Shown here piece after piece: positions 44,447 through 55,332 of a stretch of DNA of 64,000 nt (positions are counted from its first letter, which is position 1; every line of letters starts with the position of its first letter). Both the position numbers and the translations under genes were made by a program. This DNA is from Naegleria gruberi (lineage: Eukaryota), in NCBI GenBank assembly GCA_000004985.1, contig GG738873.1; one strand, 5' to 3'. The notes under the pieces were generated by a model. The model saw only the letters and a program-made list of their open reading frames with translations. It did not search any database and was not told where the DNA came from.

Positions 44447-44827
44447 ATGCAAAAGGTTTTCAAGCGAGTTGAAAAATTCATCTCAACACCCCATTCCGAT
44501 GATGATCGCTCAATGGTGGATACGGTCACTGAGAAATTGTATGAAGAATTGAAAAAGTGTTTGGAAGTGGTGGCGAAAACAAATGGTGATGATGGATTAA
44601 AGTTTGTAAAATTAATGATAATTTCAATGATTGCTCATCAGAGTGGTGATGGAAATAATCAGAAGAATAATAATAGTAATGGAAGGAAGGAATTAATAGG
44701 GAATTTAATGACGGAATTTGTGAAGAATTGTTGTAGGATTGAATTGAGAAGTGTAGGTAAAACACTCTTATTTGATGTGATGATAATATTTGGTTGGTTA
44801 ATAATATTAATTGGAAAAGAGGATTGA
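44447..44827 (+). CDS. Small hypothetical protein with a C-terminal hydrophobic segment (126 aa)
   Basis: The ORF runs from ATG 44447 to TGA 44825-44827. It carries an Asn-rich stretch and ends in LLFDVMIIFGWLIILIGKED. No family was recognised. It may be independent, or part of the downstream large gene through an unresolved splice. Confidence 0.35.
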   Translation: MQKVFKRVEKFISTPHSDDDRSMVDTVTEKLYEELKKCLEVVAKTNGDDGLKFVKLMIISMIAHQSGDGNNQKNNNSNGRKELIGNLMTEFVKNCCRIELRSVGKTLLFDVMIIFGWLIILIGKED

Positions 44828-44976
44828 AAATACATTTAGAAAATTAAATAATAATTGGGGAAATAATTCGAATGGGGAGAATCAAGAAAAAGTGGTGGGG
44901 AAATTATTGATGGATCGATTGAGTAGTCAATTGATTTTTAATTCGGCCAAGTTTCAGTCTTTGAATTTCTTATTGG

Positions 44977-47900
44977 ATGAGTAAGTGAGTTGGAGTTTAA
45001 ATTTATTGACTTGCAAAGTTCCAATTATTTATTATCATTATATGTGTATTTTCAAAATTTAATAGAGACAGATGCGAGTGTAAATATAATTCCAAGAGAT
45101 TTGAAAAGTAGTTTTCAATTGTTGGAACAGTATTGTGAAAAATTTCACAATGCAGAACTGATTAATATATTGTACAAATTAAAAAAAATAGCTGAAGAAC
45201 AAGAGTTGATAGAGTATTCACATTTGACAATTATTGAAACAGCCAAGATGGAGTTAGAGTGGAAGGAAATGAATGACAGGAAATCATCCTCTCAGAGGAA
45301 AATGGAAATACTTTCATCCTTATTTTCCAATGTAAATAGTAATTATTCGGACGATTCATTTGAGGAATTATTTCAAACTTTTGAAAAGATATATAGACAA
45401 GCAATTAGAAAAATAACAAAGAGTCAACCCACGAAAATTAATGAAAATTTGAAAAAGGGAATACTGACATTTGATTTCATTCACAAAATGGCTCAACATT
45501 CCATTCCATTTATCTCGGTAAATCAAGGCGAACTAAATTTATCCAAAGCAGAGGTAAACCTAGAGTTTGAAGAAGAGGATGAGATCAATAATTCTGATTT
45601 TATGACCAATCTCGGTGATACAACTCTACAGGTGTTATCAAATATAGAATCATACGTTGGAACGTCATTTCTCAACTATGAGAAAATATCTCCTGCCATG
45701 AGTGCTCACTTAAAACACAAATTTCTTTCCCAAGTTAGTGAAGCTTTAAAATATGAAAAGGTCAACCCTACACTTGAAAAGACACTTCCCTCAATAAGAG
45801 AGAAAACAGTGAAGAAGATACAGGACTCATTCCATGTCGATCCAACACTGAGCTTTGTTTTTGGAACACCCTCGACCGACAAGGATGGCAAGTTAATTAC
45901 AAATAACAGTAGGAAAAATTTATTCTTAAAGAGAGACGATGTGAACACTTACTTGGAACTAGTGGACAATACCTTTATACAGGAGAATTACTATTCTATT
46001 GAAAATGATTCGATTATTGGAGAAAGCAGTAAGGAAGATTTGCTTGATTGTTGGAGAGCCGAATTCAAAACACGGCAACTCCATAGTATACCAGCAATCC
46101 AAATGAAAGACGTACTCTTCACTTCCTCCTTATTTATGGATCCTTTGAATATTGAAATGCTCATATCCTCGAACCTTGAACCAAAAAATCCAATTCTCCA
46201 ATTAATTCAAGCTCAAAGTATATCAACACATGAGGATTACATTGGAAAATTGAAAGGATTATTCAAATATAACAACTTACAGTGGATGGGAACATATCAT
46301 TCACAGTGCCTACGTGATTTTTTTGGAACTGACTTGATTGATGTTACTAATGTGAATAATGCACGATCTCTCAGCATGTCCATAGATTTGGATAATCTCT
46401 CAAGTATTGCATACTCATTTCTCAAAATCTCTGAAAATCACCGTAGCTTGTGCAATCAGGTATTTGAAGAAAATAATTCGAGCGCTCTATGGAGAGACTT
46501 TTACCTTGATAATTACCAAGTTCTAAACCCTATGAAAGATCTATCAGAATCCATTCTAGAAAATAGTATCCAGCACACAACTTCATTGAGAATTTTAAAA
46601 GAGATTGGAACCCACCAAAGTAATAATGAAGTGAGCAGTAATTGTGATTGGATTTCTCTAATGAAGTCTATAGCCAACAAACTCCATTTTAACAAATCTA
46701 TATTCTGTAACTTTGTGGATGAATTGGATAAAGCAACAGTGAAGTCTAATTTTTTGGAATTATCATCAATAATAATGAAATTCTATTACTCAATTCATCA
46801 AGTAATGACAGAATTAGTTGAGATTTTGCAAACACAATCCATAAGCGAATTATTCATTGTTTTATTGTTAATATCCTCCATTGGAAACAAAACATACTCT
46901 ATTATTGATTTCAGCTTTTCTAATGCGCTGAAATCTCGATATTTTCATACTCGGTTTGTTGAATTGATACTGCATCTGCTGCACCAACAAGATGATGAGT
47001 GCAAATTCCAATCAATAGCTAAGGACATTCAAATGTTATCATTTCTGAATGTATGCTTGATTGGATTTAGAGATGGTCTCTTCCTTTCCAAGATTAAAAT
47101 TGCTAGAGCCATTTCTATGGAACTAATTTCCAATACTCAATCAATCAATAGATCATATTTAGAATCTCCAATTTTAAATATTTGCAAAATACGAATAGGA
47201 AATAATTACATGCTCTCAAATAGAACCACTGCAAGGTTACTAGTTTATAATCACTTGAAAATTGTGAATGAAAAGTCAAAAGAAATGAAATCCATTGAAG
47301 ACAAACTACTTTTGGAAAATATGTTTGTGGAAAGCAAAACTCATGAATCTAAAACTACGAAAAGCGACAAGAACACTTTAAAAGGCGTAAATTTGATATC
47401 CATCAAGGATCAACAAGTTGTGAAAAACTCTTACAAATTTTTGGATGATCAGCTTAAAGAAATTATTCATGAAATGCGACCAAAATCACAAAAAAGTCAC
47501 CAACCGATTCTAAATGATGAGAAGGATGACTTTGAAGACATTCTGGATAGTTTATCATCAGTTTGTGAAGTTATTATTGTACCCTCTGAAGATTCTGAGA
47601 CTCTGACACGCTCTCCATCAAAAGTGAAGAAAATGCTATTGGAATCATTGCCCTCATTACTTTTTGAGATGTTACACACTTTTCCAGACTCTGTAAATCA
47701 TTGGCTTTCCTTCATTGTGCAACAGACCATGTCATTTCTTAAAACTTTAGAGTGTTGTCAAATAATTTCACTCAAATTCAAAATTCATGGAGAAAAGTCT
47801 GTACAATTAACCAGTAGAAAGGTTAGCTTTGTGGACATTTCCATGTTCTTGGCCATGCAATGCGCAAACGCTTTATTTCAAACCATACGGAAGAATATTG

Positions 47901-48859
47901 AACCTTTTAGCAAGATTTTATTCGAAATGTGCCTCATTGTCGAAAACTTTCTCATTCCAGATAATGAAGCCAACAATGCCTCCCAAAACATTCAATCCTT
48001 GAAGGCCAAACTAGAGAAATACGCTCTCACAATCCAAGAAATACTGAAACCAGACTCTCATTACATAATTCAATCAATAAGAAATCAAGTTGGTCAAGAA
48101 GAATTCATTGATATTATCAATCATTTACAAGTGGAAAATGAGGAAGGCCTTTCCCAAATATTGGAACATGAAATATTATCCTTCACCAAACAACACATTA
48201 TACAGGAACGTTTATTGGACTATCACTTGTGTATGAATCAATTTTATGGAGAATATTTGGAAAATATGATTCCTCTTGGTGAAACTATAGAGTATTTGAA
48301 ACTTTCAATATACGAAACAAATATTCCAATGCCAAATCGTCATTATTGGAGAGAACAGCTCTTTTTGAGTTTGGATTTTGAAGAGTACGCAGAAATACTC
48401 CAACAAGTACTTGATAGCTGTCCTAAGGATTTGGATGAGAATGCAGAATCGAGTACATTAATTCTACTCCAACAATTAATTCTCGTGTTGGGTAATTATC
48501 CATTTCACAAGCTACTCACATCTACTGAGAATGATAGTATTCCCTATCTTCATCCGATTATTCATTCGTCAGTGATATCAAAAATTGCCTCTGATCCTCT
48601 CATTCAACAAGAAATTACAAACATGAAACCTTCACTCAAAGTATTGGTGGGAAAGTTATTTGATGCCTTGATTAGAAAGTGTTGTCAAGCCAAAATGGAA
48701 TTCAACATGAACTATATCAAATCTGTCAAGCACGAATTAATCAAATCCTTACATGAATCACACAATTTAGCTGAAAACTATCGTGCATCCAATATGGTTC
48801 TATCAGATAAGTTACACAATTTTCTAATTAAAAACTATTCAAGAGGAGGAGAGGAATAA
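44977..48859 (+). CDS. Large hypothetical protein (~1270 aa), start codon probably split from the body by an intron
   Basis: The long ORF is open from 44990 and ends at TAA 48857-48859, but its first in-frame ATG is only at 45248. The sequence ttattggATGA|gtaagt at 44977-44986 and the acceptor aatttaatag|AG at 45064-65 allow join(44977..44980, 45066..48859). That gives MK|TDASVNIIPRDLKSSFQLLEQ... with an 85-nt AT-rich intron. The protein is largely helical-looking (HEAT/ARM-like). No family was recognised. Confidence 0.65.
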
Positions 48860-49265
48860 ATGCCTCTCTATTTGCCATTATCGTATTACCATTGCTTATT
48901 AAATAACATATTTTTTATACATGCCTTTTGGAACTTGTGTATTGGAAATGGTTTAAGGGAAAATGCATTAAGACCAAATTAAGGAAGCCTTGTCGTGACC
49001 TAAGAGGATCGACCCTCCTCTTCTATTACAGTGTTTTTATGAAGATATTTGTGCGTGTTAAGGATCATTTTAGCAAAGGAATACTGAAAGTCCATCCTTT
49101 CCAATTGAACCAATGGTGCAGTTTGCAGAAGAACAAAACCTTGAGCAATTGATGGTAAATTTTGTTTATAATTTCACATTCTCACATTCACTAATCATGA
49201 TCATATGTGCGTATGATGCTTCAACACTAAAATCTGGTTGATAGAATGAGAATTGAGCCATCAGA

Positions 49266-50264
49266 TTAATAGGAAACCATTTTAGAAAGACCTTGTTGCA
49301 AATAATGTGGATCATTGCCTCTGTAAAGTTGAAGCAAGTCCTCCTTAACAGGGCTCTTCAAAGGGAACAGTCTCTTTCTCTTTGACTTTCTGACATCAGT
49401 CGAGAGAGCAGAGAGAGCTTCCAATTTTTGAATGAGACCATTATTTTCATCTTGTCTTGAAAGGATGGCTTGCAAAACGCAAGGATAAGATGTTGATTCC
49501 TCCTCTTCATAAACAATAGAATCATTCGATGAAGTATTGATTTTTGCTGATTCCTTCTTGATGGCACCTTCATTTGAAGGGAGAGCATCCTCATCTTCCT
49601 TGATATCTGTAGATTGCAATTTGTTTTCCTTACTCGTTCCTTTGTGGATTCTGTGGGCCAAGCTCGATGAGCTTCCACTGCTTCCAGAGGAAGCATAACC
49701 ATTAAATGCAGTTTCTTGCATTTCTAAATGAGGTAAAGTATGAGATGATGCTCTGCCAGTATTACCAGATTCATTCAAAGCAGGTGATGAAGTTTCAAAT
49801 GAACGATCGTCAGCAGATTGTTTCTTTGCAACAATTGGCTTTCTATTGCTACTGCTGCTATGATTACTCAGCTTTTCTTCATCACTCTTTTCCTCTTCTT
49901 CCTCCTCCTCTTCTTCTTCTTCAACTTCAATTTCTTCTTCTTCCTCATCTTCATCCTCTTCATCATCAGATGGTACTCTTCTCTTTACACTTGGTTTTGA
50001 CTTTTTTCTCTTTGAGAAGGAGGTAGTCTTTTTCTTTCTCTTTCCTTGTGAACTCTTTGATCCACCTCCTTCTTTCTGTTTACGATGCTTGTACCATAAT
50101 CTGTAGCATCTATCACATAATTCTCCTTGTGACAAGTCTCTTTCAAAGAATGAACAGAGCACATCTACATTCTTTGGGTGGACTTTGTATCTGCAGCTGA
50201 ATATAGTTGGTGGGTGTGTTCGCGAGCACACAACACACATGCGATCTTTATGAGCCTTAGACAT
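49266..50264 (-). CDS. Acidic nuclear-type protein with N-terminal CxxC...CxxC zinc-finger-like module and a poly-Glu tract
   Basis: The ORF runs from ATG 50264-50262 to TAA 49268-49266. The N-terminus reads MSKAHKDRMCVVCSRTHPP...CDRCYRLWYKHRKQ. It is followed by basic KRKKK patches, then EEEEEEIEVEEEEEEEEEEEK encoded by a (GAA/GAG)n simple repeat, and a Ser-rich tail. Confidence 0.65.
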   Translation of the reverse strand: MSKAHKDRMCVVCSRTHPPTIFSCRYKVHPKNVDVLCSFFERDLSQGELCDRCYRLWYKHRKQKEGGGSKSSQGKRKKKTTSFSKRKKSKPSVKRRVPSDDEEDEDEEEEEIEVEEEEEEEEEEEKSDEEKLSNHSSSSNRKPIVAKKQSADDRSFETSSPALNESGNTGRASSHTLPHLEMQETAFNGYASSGSSGSSSSLAHRIHKGTSKENKLQSTDIKEDEDALPSNEGAIKKESAKINTSSNDSIVYEEEESTSYPCVLQAILSRQDENNGLIQKLEALSALSTDVRKSKRKRLFPLKSPVKEDLLQLYRGNDPHYLQQGLSKMVSY

Positions 50265-50759
50265 TGTTATCTATCTGTTCATGACGATGATGATTTTGAT
50301 TTGGTGTTGTATGGAATTGATTTAATGCATTAAACATTGAAATCCATCATTAGAACATTAAAAAGATATGCAATACCTACATGATGATCAATGGTAATAG
50401 TATTAAACAACTTTCTCTCGTAATATACAATAATATCTCTCGAATATAATGCAAAATGCAAATGCTATACAAAAAAATCTATCTACAAATTCTACTTCTT
50501 CTTCAAAAGACGTCTTTCCCTTTGAGTTGTATCAGAGCAATATAACACAATAGCAATCCACTGTATATGAAATGTTACTTGTTCTTCAGCGCGTTTCTAT
50601 CAACGTGTGAGGGAGACTCCAATTGTGTCTTTTTTTTAATGATGATTTTGGCTAATCTGGGATGATTTGGTGTGTACCTCTGAATTGCTGAACAATTTCG
50701 CTGCAAGCGCGCTCTTCTCTCAGCTAAGTTTTTCTCTCGGCGCACCAAGTTGTTGTTGT

Positions 50760-51400
50760 GTTGGAAATGCATTTTGCATGATGGTTGTTGTGTTGATGGC
50801 AAAAAGCATCAATTTACAAACTTACACGGATCGTAAAGTTGTTATAATTAGCCATTTTTAAGACGCTACACGCACCTTTATCTCCTAAAGATTTCATCGA
50901 AAATTTGATGGCTGCAGTTAGACTAGAAATTGGTGCAGCATAATTGTTGCACACAGTTGATATCAGAAAATGCATTCCAGTTGAATGGATAACAAAATGC
51001 ATTTCTTGTAATTTGGATTCTTGGAGAAAGAAAAGTTCTCGGATTGAATTTTGGTCCGGCCTAATTGTTTTGCATGACAGGTTGGAAATTTCAATGGAAA
51101 TAGTGTCGTTTTGAAATTGTTGCTTGCATTTTCAATGCATGACTTTCACTGCATGATAAATATCCATATGCATGATTCGTTCGTCCTCTTCTATATTGTA
51201 TTAATAGCAGTGATGCACTCATTTTGATTATTAAATGGAGTTGGATAATTTGCATTTCAATGGAGAACCAATCAGGTAATCATGCAGGAAATTTGGAAGT
51301 TTTCAGAGTGGTTCACATTGCGAAATATTCTCAATGCATTTCTTAACTGTTGTCATGCATACCAATCTCCAATTCACAATCAACAAACAACAAATGCATG
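50760..51400. promoter_or_regulatory. Cluster of at least 13 TGCAT(G)/AATGCAT motifs in the 1.5-kb intergenic region upstream of the zinc-finger gene
   Basis: Hand count of TGCAT on the top strand within ~640 nt. The starts are near 50767, 50775, 50970, 50996, 51070, 51125, 51135, 51150, 51168, 51250, 51335, 51355 and 51395. Three copies fall within 40 nt (caatgcatgactttcactgcatgataaatatccatatgcatga). The expectation for a 5-mer is under 1. Confidence 0.35.
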
Positions 51401-51761
51401 ACGATTTTTGAATTGTGGCCAGACCTCGCTTATGGGAAATTCCAATACCGTATCCTTTAGTTTCTTTTTTGGCAAAATATTCAAAATAGTTGTCAAAAAT
51501 CAATTTCGGCAAATGACCTACAATATAATCAATCTCTCATGTGTCTCACTGTTAATTTGGAAAACTAAAAGCACAACGCGTAACCATGTGAAATCGTTAG
51601 TATTAATCAAAACAATCATACAAAAACGAAGAGCCTGGTATTATTATCTTTCTCACTTTTAAATGATTTATGTTTAATGTTGTCCTTGTCATAAATGTAA
51701 TTTTAAATGTTCGGAAAAGATTTATTTACATTTCAACAGAAAACAATCATCATTAAAAAAC

Positions 51762-54700
51762 CTAGTTGGTTGTTGCTTGAGGTTTTTGCATTTCAACATC
51801 TCTGGTCACTGAAACAGTTGAAGCATTGGATGCAGCCTTGTTAGAAGTACACTTCCACAAAACAATAACAACAATCAATGCAATCACCAACACTACAATA
51901 ATTGCAAAACCAACCACTGATGCAATAATTGCTCCAATATCTCCTGGAGTTAACGTAACACCAGTATTATCAGCATTCAAAGCTCCGGTTGCTTGGGCTT
52001 GCAATGGTTCGGGAATGAAGATGTGAGTTGACAATTTGGTGAACATGACTCTTTCCTTCTCAGTTTCAAAGTTTGGATAAATAGGAAGCTTAATCTTCAT
52101 AGTTTGTGGATTTTCGAGGACAACCTTGTGCTTATTAAGAGAAACACTATATGAAAGCATTGGAAGAATGATATTATTCCAGTTGGAGTGTTCTTCTTGT
52201 GTCTTGATACTGTTAATGAACTTGACAAATGAGTTTGCATTTCCAATATAGTGTTGATTGAAAGTATATTGAGCATCATTGACAAGGACACAGAGGTAAA
52301 TATTGTGTTCCTTTGTCAAATCAGAGAATTCCAATTCATCAGTATATTTTCCTTCATTATTGGTAAACTTGATTGAAACAGTAATGTTTTCATTCTTTAG
52401 TTCACTAAAGTGAATAGTTCCAGAGACTGTGTCTTGTAAGTTTCTCATGACAGCCCTAGATTCTACACGCATATAGACGGTTCCTTCCATGAGACCAGTA
52501 TTGGATTGCTTTGAGAAGCCAAAAACATTGGTTCTACTCGACTTGGAAGTGTAGAGACTTTCCAATTTGTTTTCTTCAGACTGCAACTTATAGCCAATAT
52601 AACCTTGAGTAGAATTTTCCATACCAATAACCATACCTAGACTACCGAAAGAGTTTCCTCTGTCTATGGCCAAACCAAATGGTGAAAGAGTTGAGTATTT
52701 GAATGACGTGTCAGCAGTTAAATCTAATTGATAGATTTCTAATGGTTCAATAAGGAGTTCTAATTCTGCAAATGATCCCGACACTTCAAGGTAAATAACC
52801 TTTGGAATGGAATTCAATGAGTTTCCAGTCTTTGACAAGGTGACAGCACTGGTCATGGCAATCATTGATGCAGTACTAAATGATGAGCCAGTCAACATTT
52901 TAATGGTAACATCAGCATTCTTAGGTAAGATTGGTGTTACGACAAATGAATGGAGGGATTGAGAAATTCCAGTATTTGGAACATACATGATAGCAGTTCT
53001 GGATTGAACACCATCAAAGACATGTCTAACAGTCTTACCACTGTTACCCTTATAGACTGGGAAGACAGTAAGTGTAGAATCGCTTCCAGTATAAGTGAGG
53101 AATAATGGGAATGAATTGGCTTTAACTTCCAAAAGATTTCCAACAAGAGTTCCATCATTAAGAGTGAGTTGACCAACTGATAAGCTAAATGACAAATAGT
53201 CTGGAACAATAGAAGGAATATCAATCAAAATGAGACCTGATCTAATCTTTACAGATTTTCCGAATTGAATAGAACTTCTATAATAATTGAAATTGACTGA
53301 AACTTGCTCTGTTTCTTCCTTACTGATAATGACCTTAACAATGTTAGTATTTTCAGCGACAAGATTTTGGAATGGAATTTGAACACTTTCTTGAGAAATT
53401 TCATAAGAAACAGAACCATAAGAAATTTGACATGCAACGGTAAAGCCCAAATTCAAAGTAATGCCATCATAGTAATCAAAGTTATCGGCGGCAATTGAGA
53501 TTTGTCTGGCAACAATTGTTGAATTATCAGTGATAGTTTCAACAATATTCTGCATTTCACTCACATCATAGATATAATCAATAGCCATAGTGTTTTCAAT
53601 GGATCTTCTTGACTTTTTCAAGCAGATACCACACAGTGAGCTAATGGCAGTTTCAGAAACAATTGGAAAGTCGTAAGTATAACCGTCCCATATGGTATAA
53701 TCATACAATTCAATTTCATCAATACCAACTTCACCATCAATACCCCAATAGACATTCATACCAAGTTTACAACCTGATTTTGGATTAGTTTGAGTTTTGA
53801 CATTAATGTATGGATTAATCTTAAAAATAATTGGGAATAATTCATAGAATGTAATATATAGAGTTGGTTCAAGAGTTGCCTTAGCTTGAGTTTGAAGAGA
53901 AAGATATTCACTCACTCTGAGACCACCACTAACTGATCCACTAGTTGTAGTCTTTTTATGGTTTCCCTCAATATATTCAAAACCTGCAGAGCCAGATCTT
54001 GTATAATCGCTTGTAAAGCTGACAGATGCACTGGCCTCCAAGTAGATTTTCAAACCGACTCCCATTCCAATTGCCATCTCAACAGGCAAAGGTCCAACAG
54101 CAAAGGCAGCAGTGTAAAAGTCCTTCTTCTTCATCAACTCAAATTCTCTTTCATATTTGCCTGTGGCCGTAACCTTCAAAGTTGGAAGTGTAACTCTCAA
54201 GGCATAAAAACCAGTACCTCTAGCAGTGTCTAGAATTTCCCATGGCATGTCAGTTTCAATGTATATATAATAACCAGCATAGAAACTAAAGAAACAATTG
54301 GTACATTCAAAGGTAAGGAATGAATAGGACATTGTAACTGACGATTGATCATAGGTAGGAATATTATTTGTGTAGAGAATCTTTCCCTTGCTATCTCTTT
54401 TCACATTCCAACCAATTTCAAATGCCTTATCATTGCTAGCAGAGCCAGAGAATCTTCCATTCTTGGCAACATAACCTAGTGGTCTACTCTTTAATAATTT
54501 GAGTTTTGAAAAGACTTGGAGGAGGGATAATTTACCAGTTTCTAATTGGAAATAAGTAATGCCATTCTCCTTGTTGTAAATCAACTCTGATTTGGTGACT
54601 AATCTGTAGAGAACTTTTTCATCAGTCTCTGCTTGATCATTGAGAGAGTGATCATAACAGGCAAAACTCTTCTTGCTTGAAACAAGCAAATTTCCAACAG

Positions 54701-55118
54701 CAAGATGATTCTTCATCATTTCAACATGATTTGGAACAGAGGCATCTGGTCTAATATACAAAATATTCCTAGTACAACCAATATCCATCACATATGGGTG
54801 ATAGTCAAGATTGTAGGTATCAAAGGCTAAAACAGCATCATACATGAATTGCTCAGAGCTTGGGGTTTCTTCAGTGTAACGAGCATTCCAAGGATTCTTA
54901 GAGGTAAAACGTTGCTGGGCCTTATTAAGATAGGGAATACTTTGAGGATTTCTCTTCGAAATAGATGGTAATGTTCTACCATTCTTGATTCTGAAGAGGA
55001 AATAATCTGAGGGTGTTTCAAAGTTTGGTCGTGTTGTCGTGCTTTCAGCTATTAAGAATCCCACTAAAAAACAAGTTATCCACACAAAGAGGATGGATTT
55101 TAGTAGAAGCCTAATCAT
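51762..55118 (-). CDS. Large type-I membrane protein (1118 aa): signal peptide, ~1040-aa extracellular region, single TM, short cytoplasmic tail
   Basis: The ORF runs from ATG 55118-55116 to TAG 51764-51762. The N-terminus reads MIRLLLKSILFVWITCFLVGFLIAES. The C-terminal TM segment is GAIIASVVGFAIIVVLVIALIVVIVLW, followed by a 30-aa tail. The ectodomain is beta-rich with many N-x-S/T sequons. No family was recognised. Confidence 0.8.
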   Translation of the reverse strand: MIRLLLKSILFVWITCFLVGFLIAESTTTRPNFETPSDYFLFRIKNGRTLPSISKRNPQSIPYLNKAQQRFTSKNPWNARYTEETPSSEQFMYDAVLAFDTYNLDYHPYVMDIGCTRNILYIRPDASVPNHVEMMKNHLAVGNLLVSSKKSFACYDHSLNDQAETDEKVLYRLVTKSELIYNKENGITYFQLETGKLSLLQVFSKLKLLKSRPLGYVAKNGRFSGSASNDKAFEIGWNVKRDSKGKILYTNNIPTYDQSSVTMSYSFLTFECTNCFFSFYAGYYIYIETDMPWEILDTARGTGFYALRVTLPTLKVTATGKYEREFELMKKKDFYTAAFAVGPLPVEMAIGMGVGLKIYLEASASVSFTSDYTRSGSAGFEYIEGNHKKTTTSGSVSGGLRVSEYLSLQTQAKATLEPTLYITFYELFPIIFKINPYINVKTQTNPKSGCKLGMNVYWGIDGEVGIDEIELYDYTIWDGYTYDFPIVSETAISSLCGICLKKSRRSIENTMAIDYIYDVSEMQNIVETITDNSTIVARQISIAADNFDYYDGITLNLGFTVACQISYGSVSYEISQESVQIPFQNLVAENTNIVKVIISKEETEQVSVNFNYYRSSIQFGKSVKIRSGLILIDIPSIVPDYLSFSLSVGQLTLNDGTLVGNLLEVKANSFPLFLTYTGSDSTLTVFPVYKGNSGKTVRHVFDGVQSRTAIMYVPNTGISQSLHSFVVTPILPKNADVTIKMLTGSSFSTASMIAMTSAVTLSKTGNSLNSIPKVIYLEVSGSFAELELLIEPLEIYQLDLTADTSFKYSTLSPFGLAIDRGNSFGSLGMVIGMENSTQGYIGYKLQSEENKLESLYTSKSSRTNVFGFSKQSNTGLMEGTVYMRVESRAVMRNLQDTVSGTIHFSELKNENITVSIKFTNNEGKYTDELEFSDLTKEHNIYLCVLVNDAQYTFNQHYIGNANSFVKFINSIKTQEEHSNWNNIILPMLSYSVSLNKHKVVLENPQTMKIKLPIYPNFETEKERVMFTKLSTHIFIPEPLQAQATGALNADNTGVTLTPGDIGAIIASVVGFAIIVVLVIALIVVIVLWKCTSNKAASNASTVSVTRDVEMQKPQATTN

Positions 55119-55332
55119 TTTTTTTTAATTGTTAAATGATGAACTTGATGAGGAAGAGACTGATTGGCGCGAGTTTGAACCGTAACGATAATTAATCTTG
55201 TTTGTAGATGAAAATATTATTAAGGAAGAGCAACAATATACCGTGGTAAAACTACCAACTAAAAGGCATAATGTTTGATGGAGACATTATTGAGAAGTTA
55301 ATGTTTGACAATGGAAAAAAGGAATATGTTTA

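Noticed and set aside
48928-49152. 74-aa plus-strand ORF between the large hypothetical gene and the zinc-finger gene
   Set aside because: It sits in the convergent 3' UTR region, shows no motif, and begins with non-ATG track codons. It is probably untranslated.
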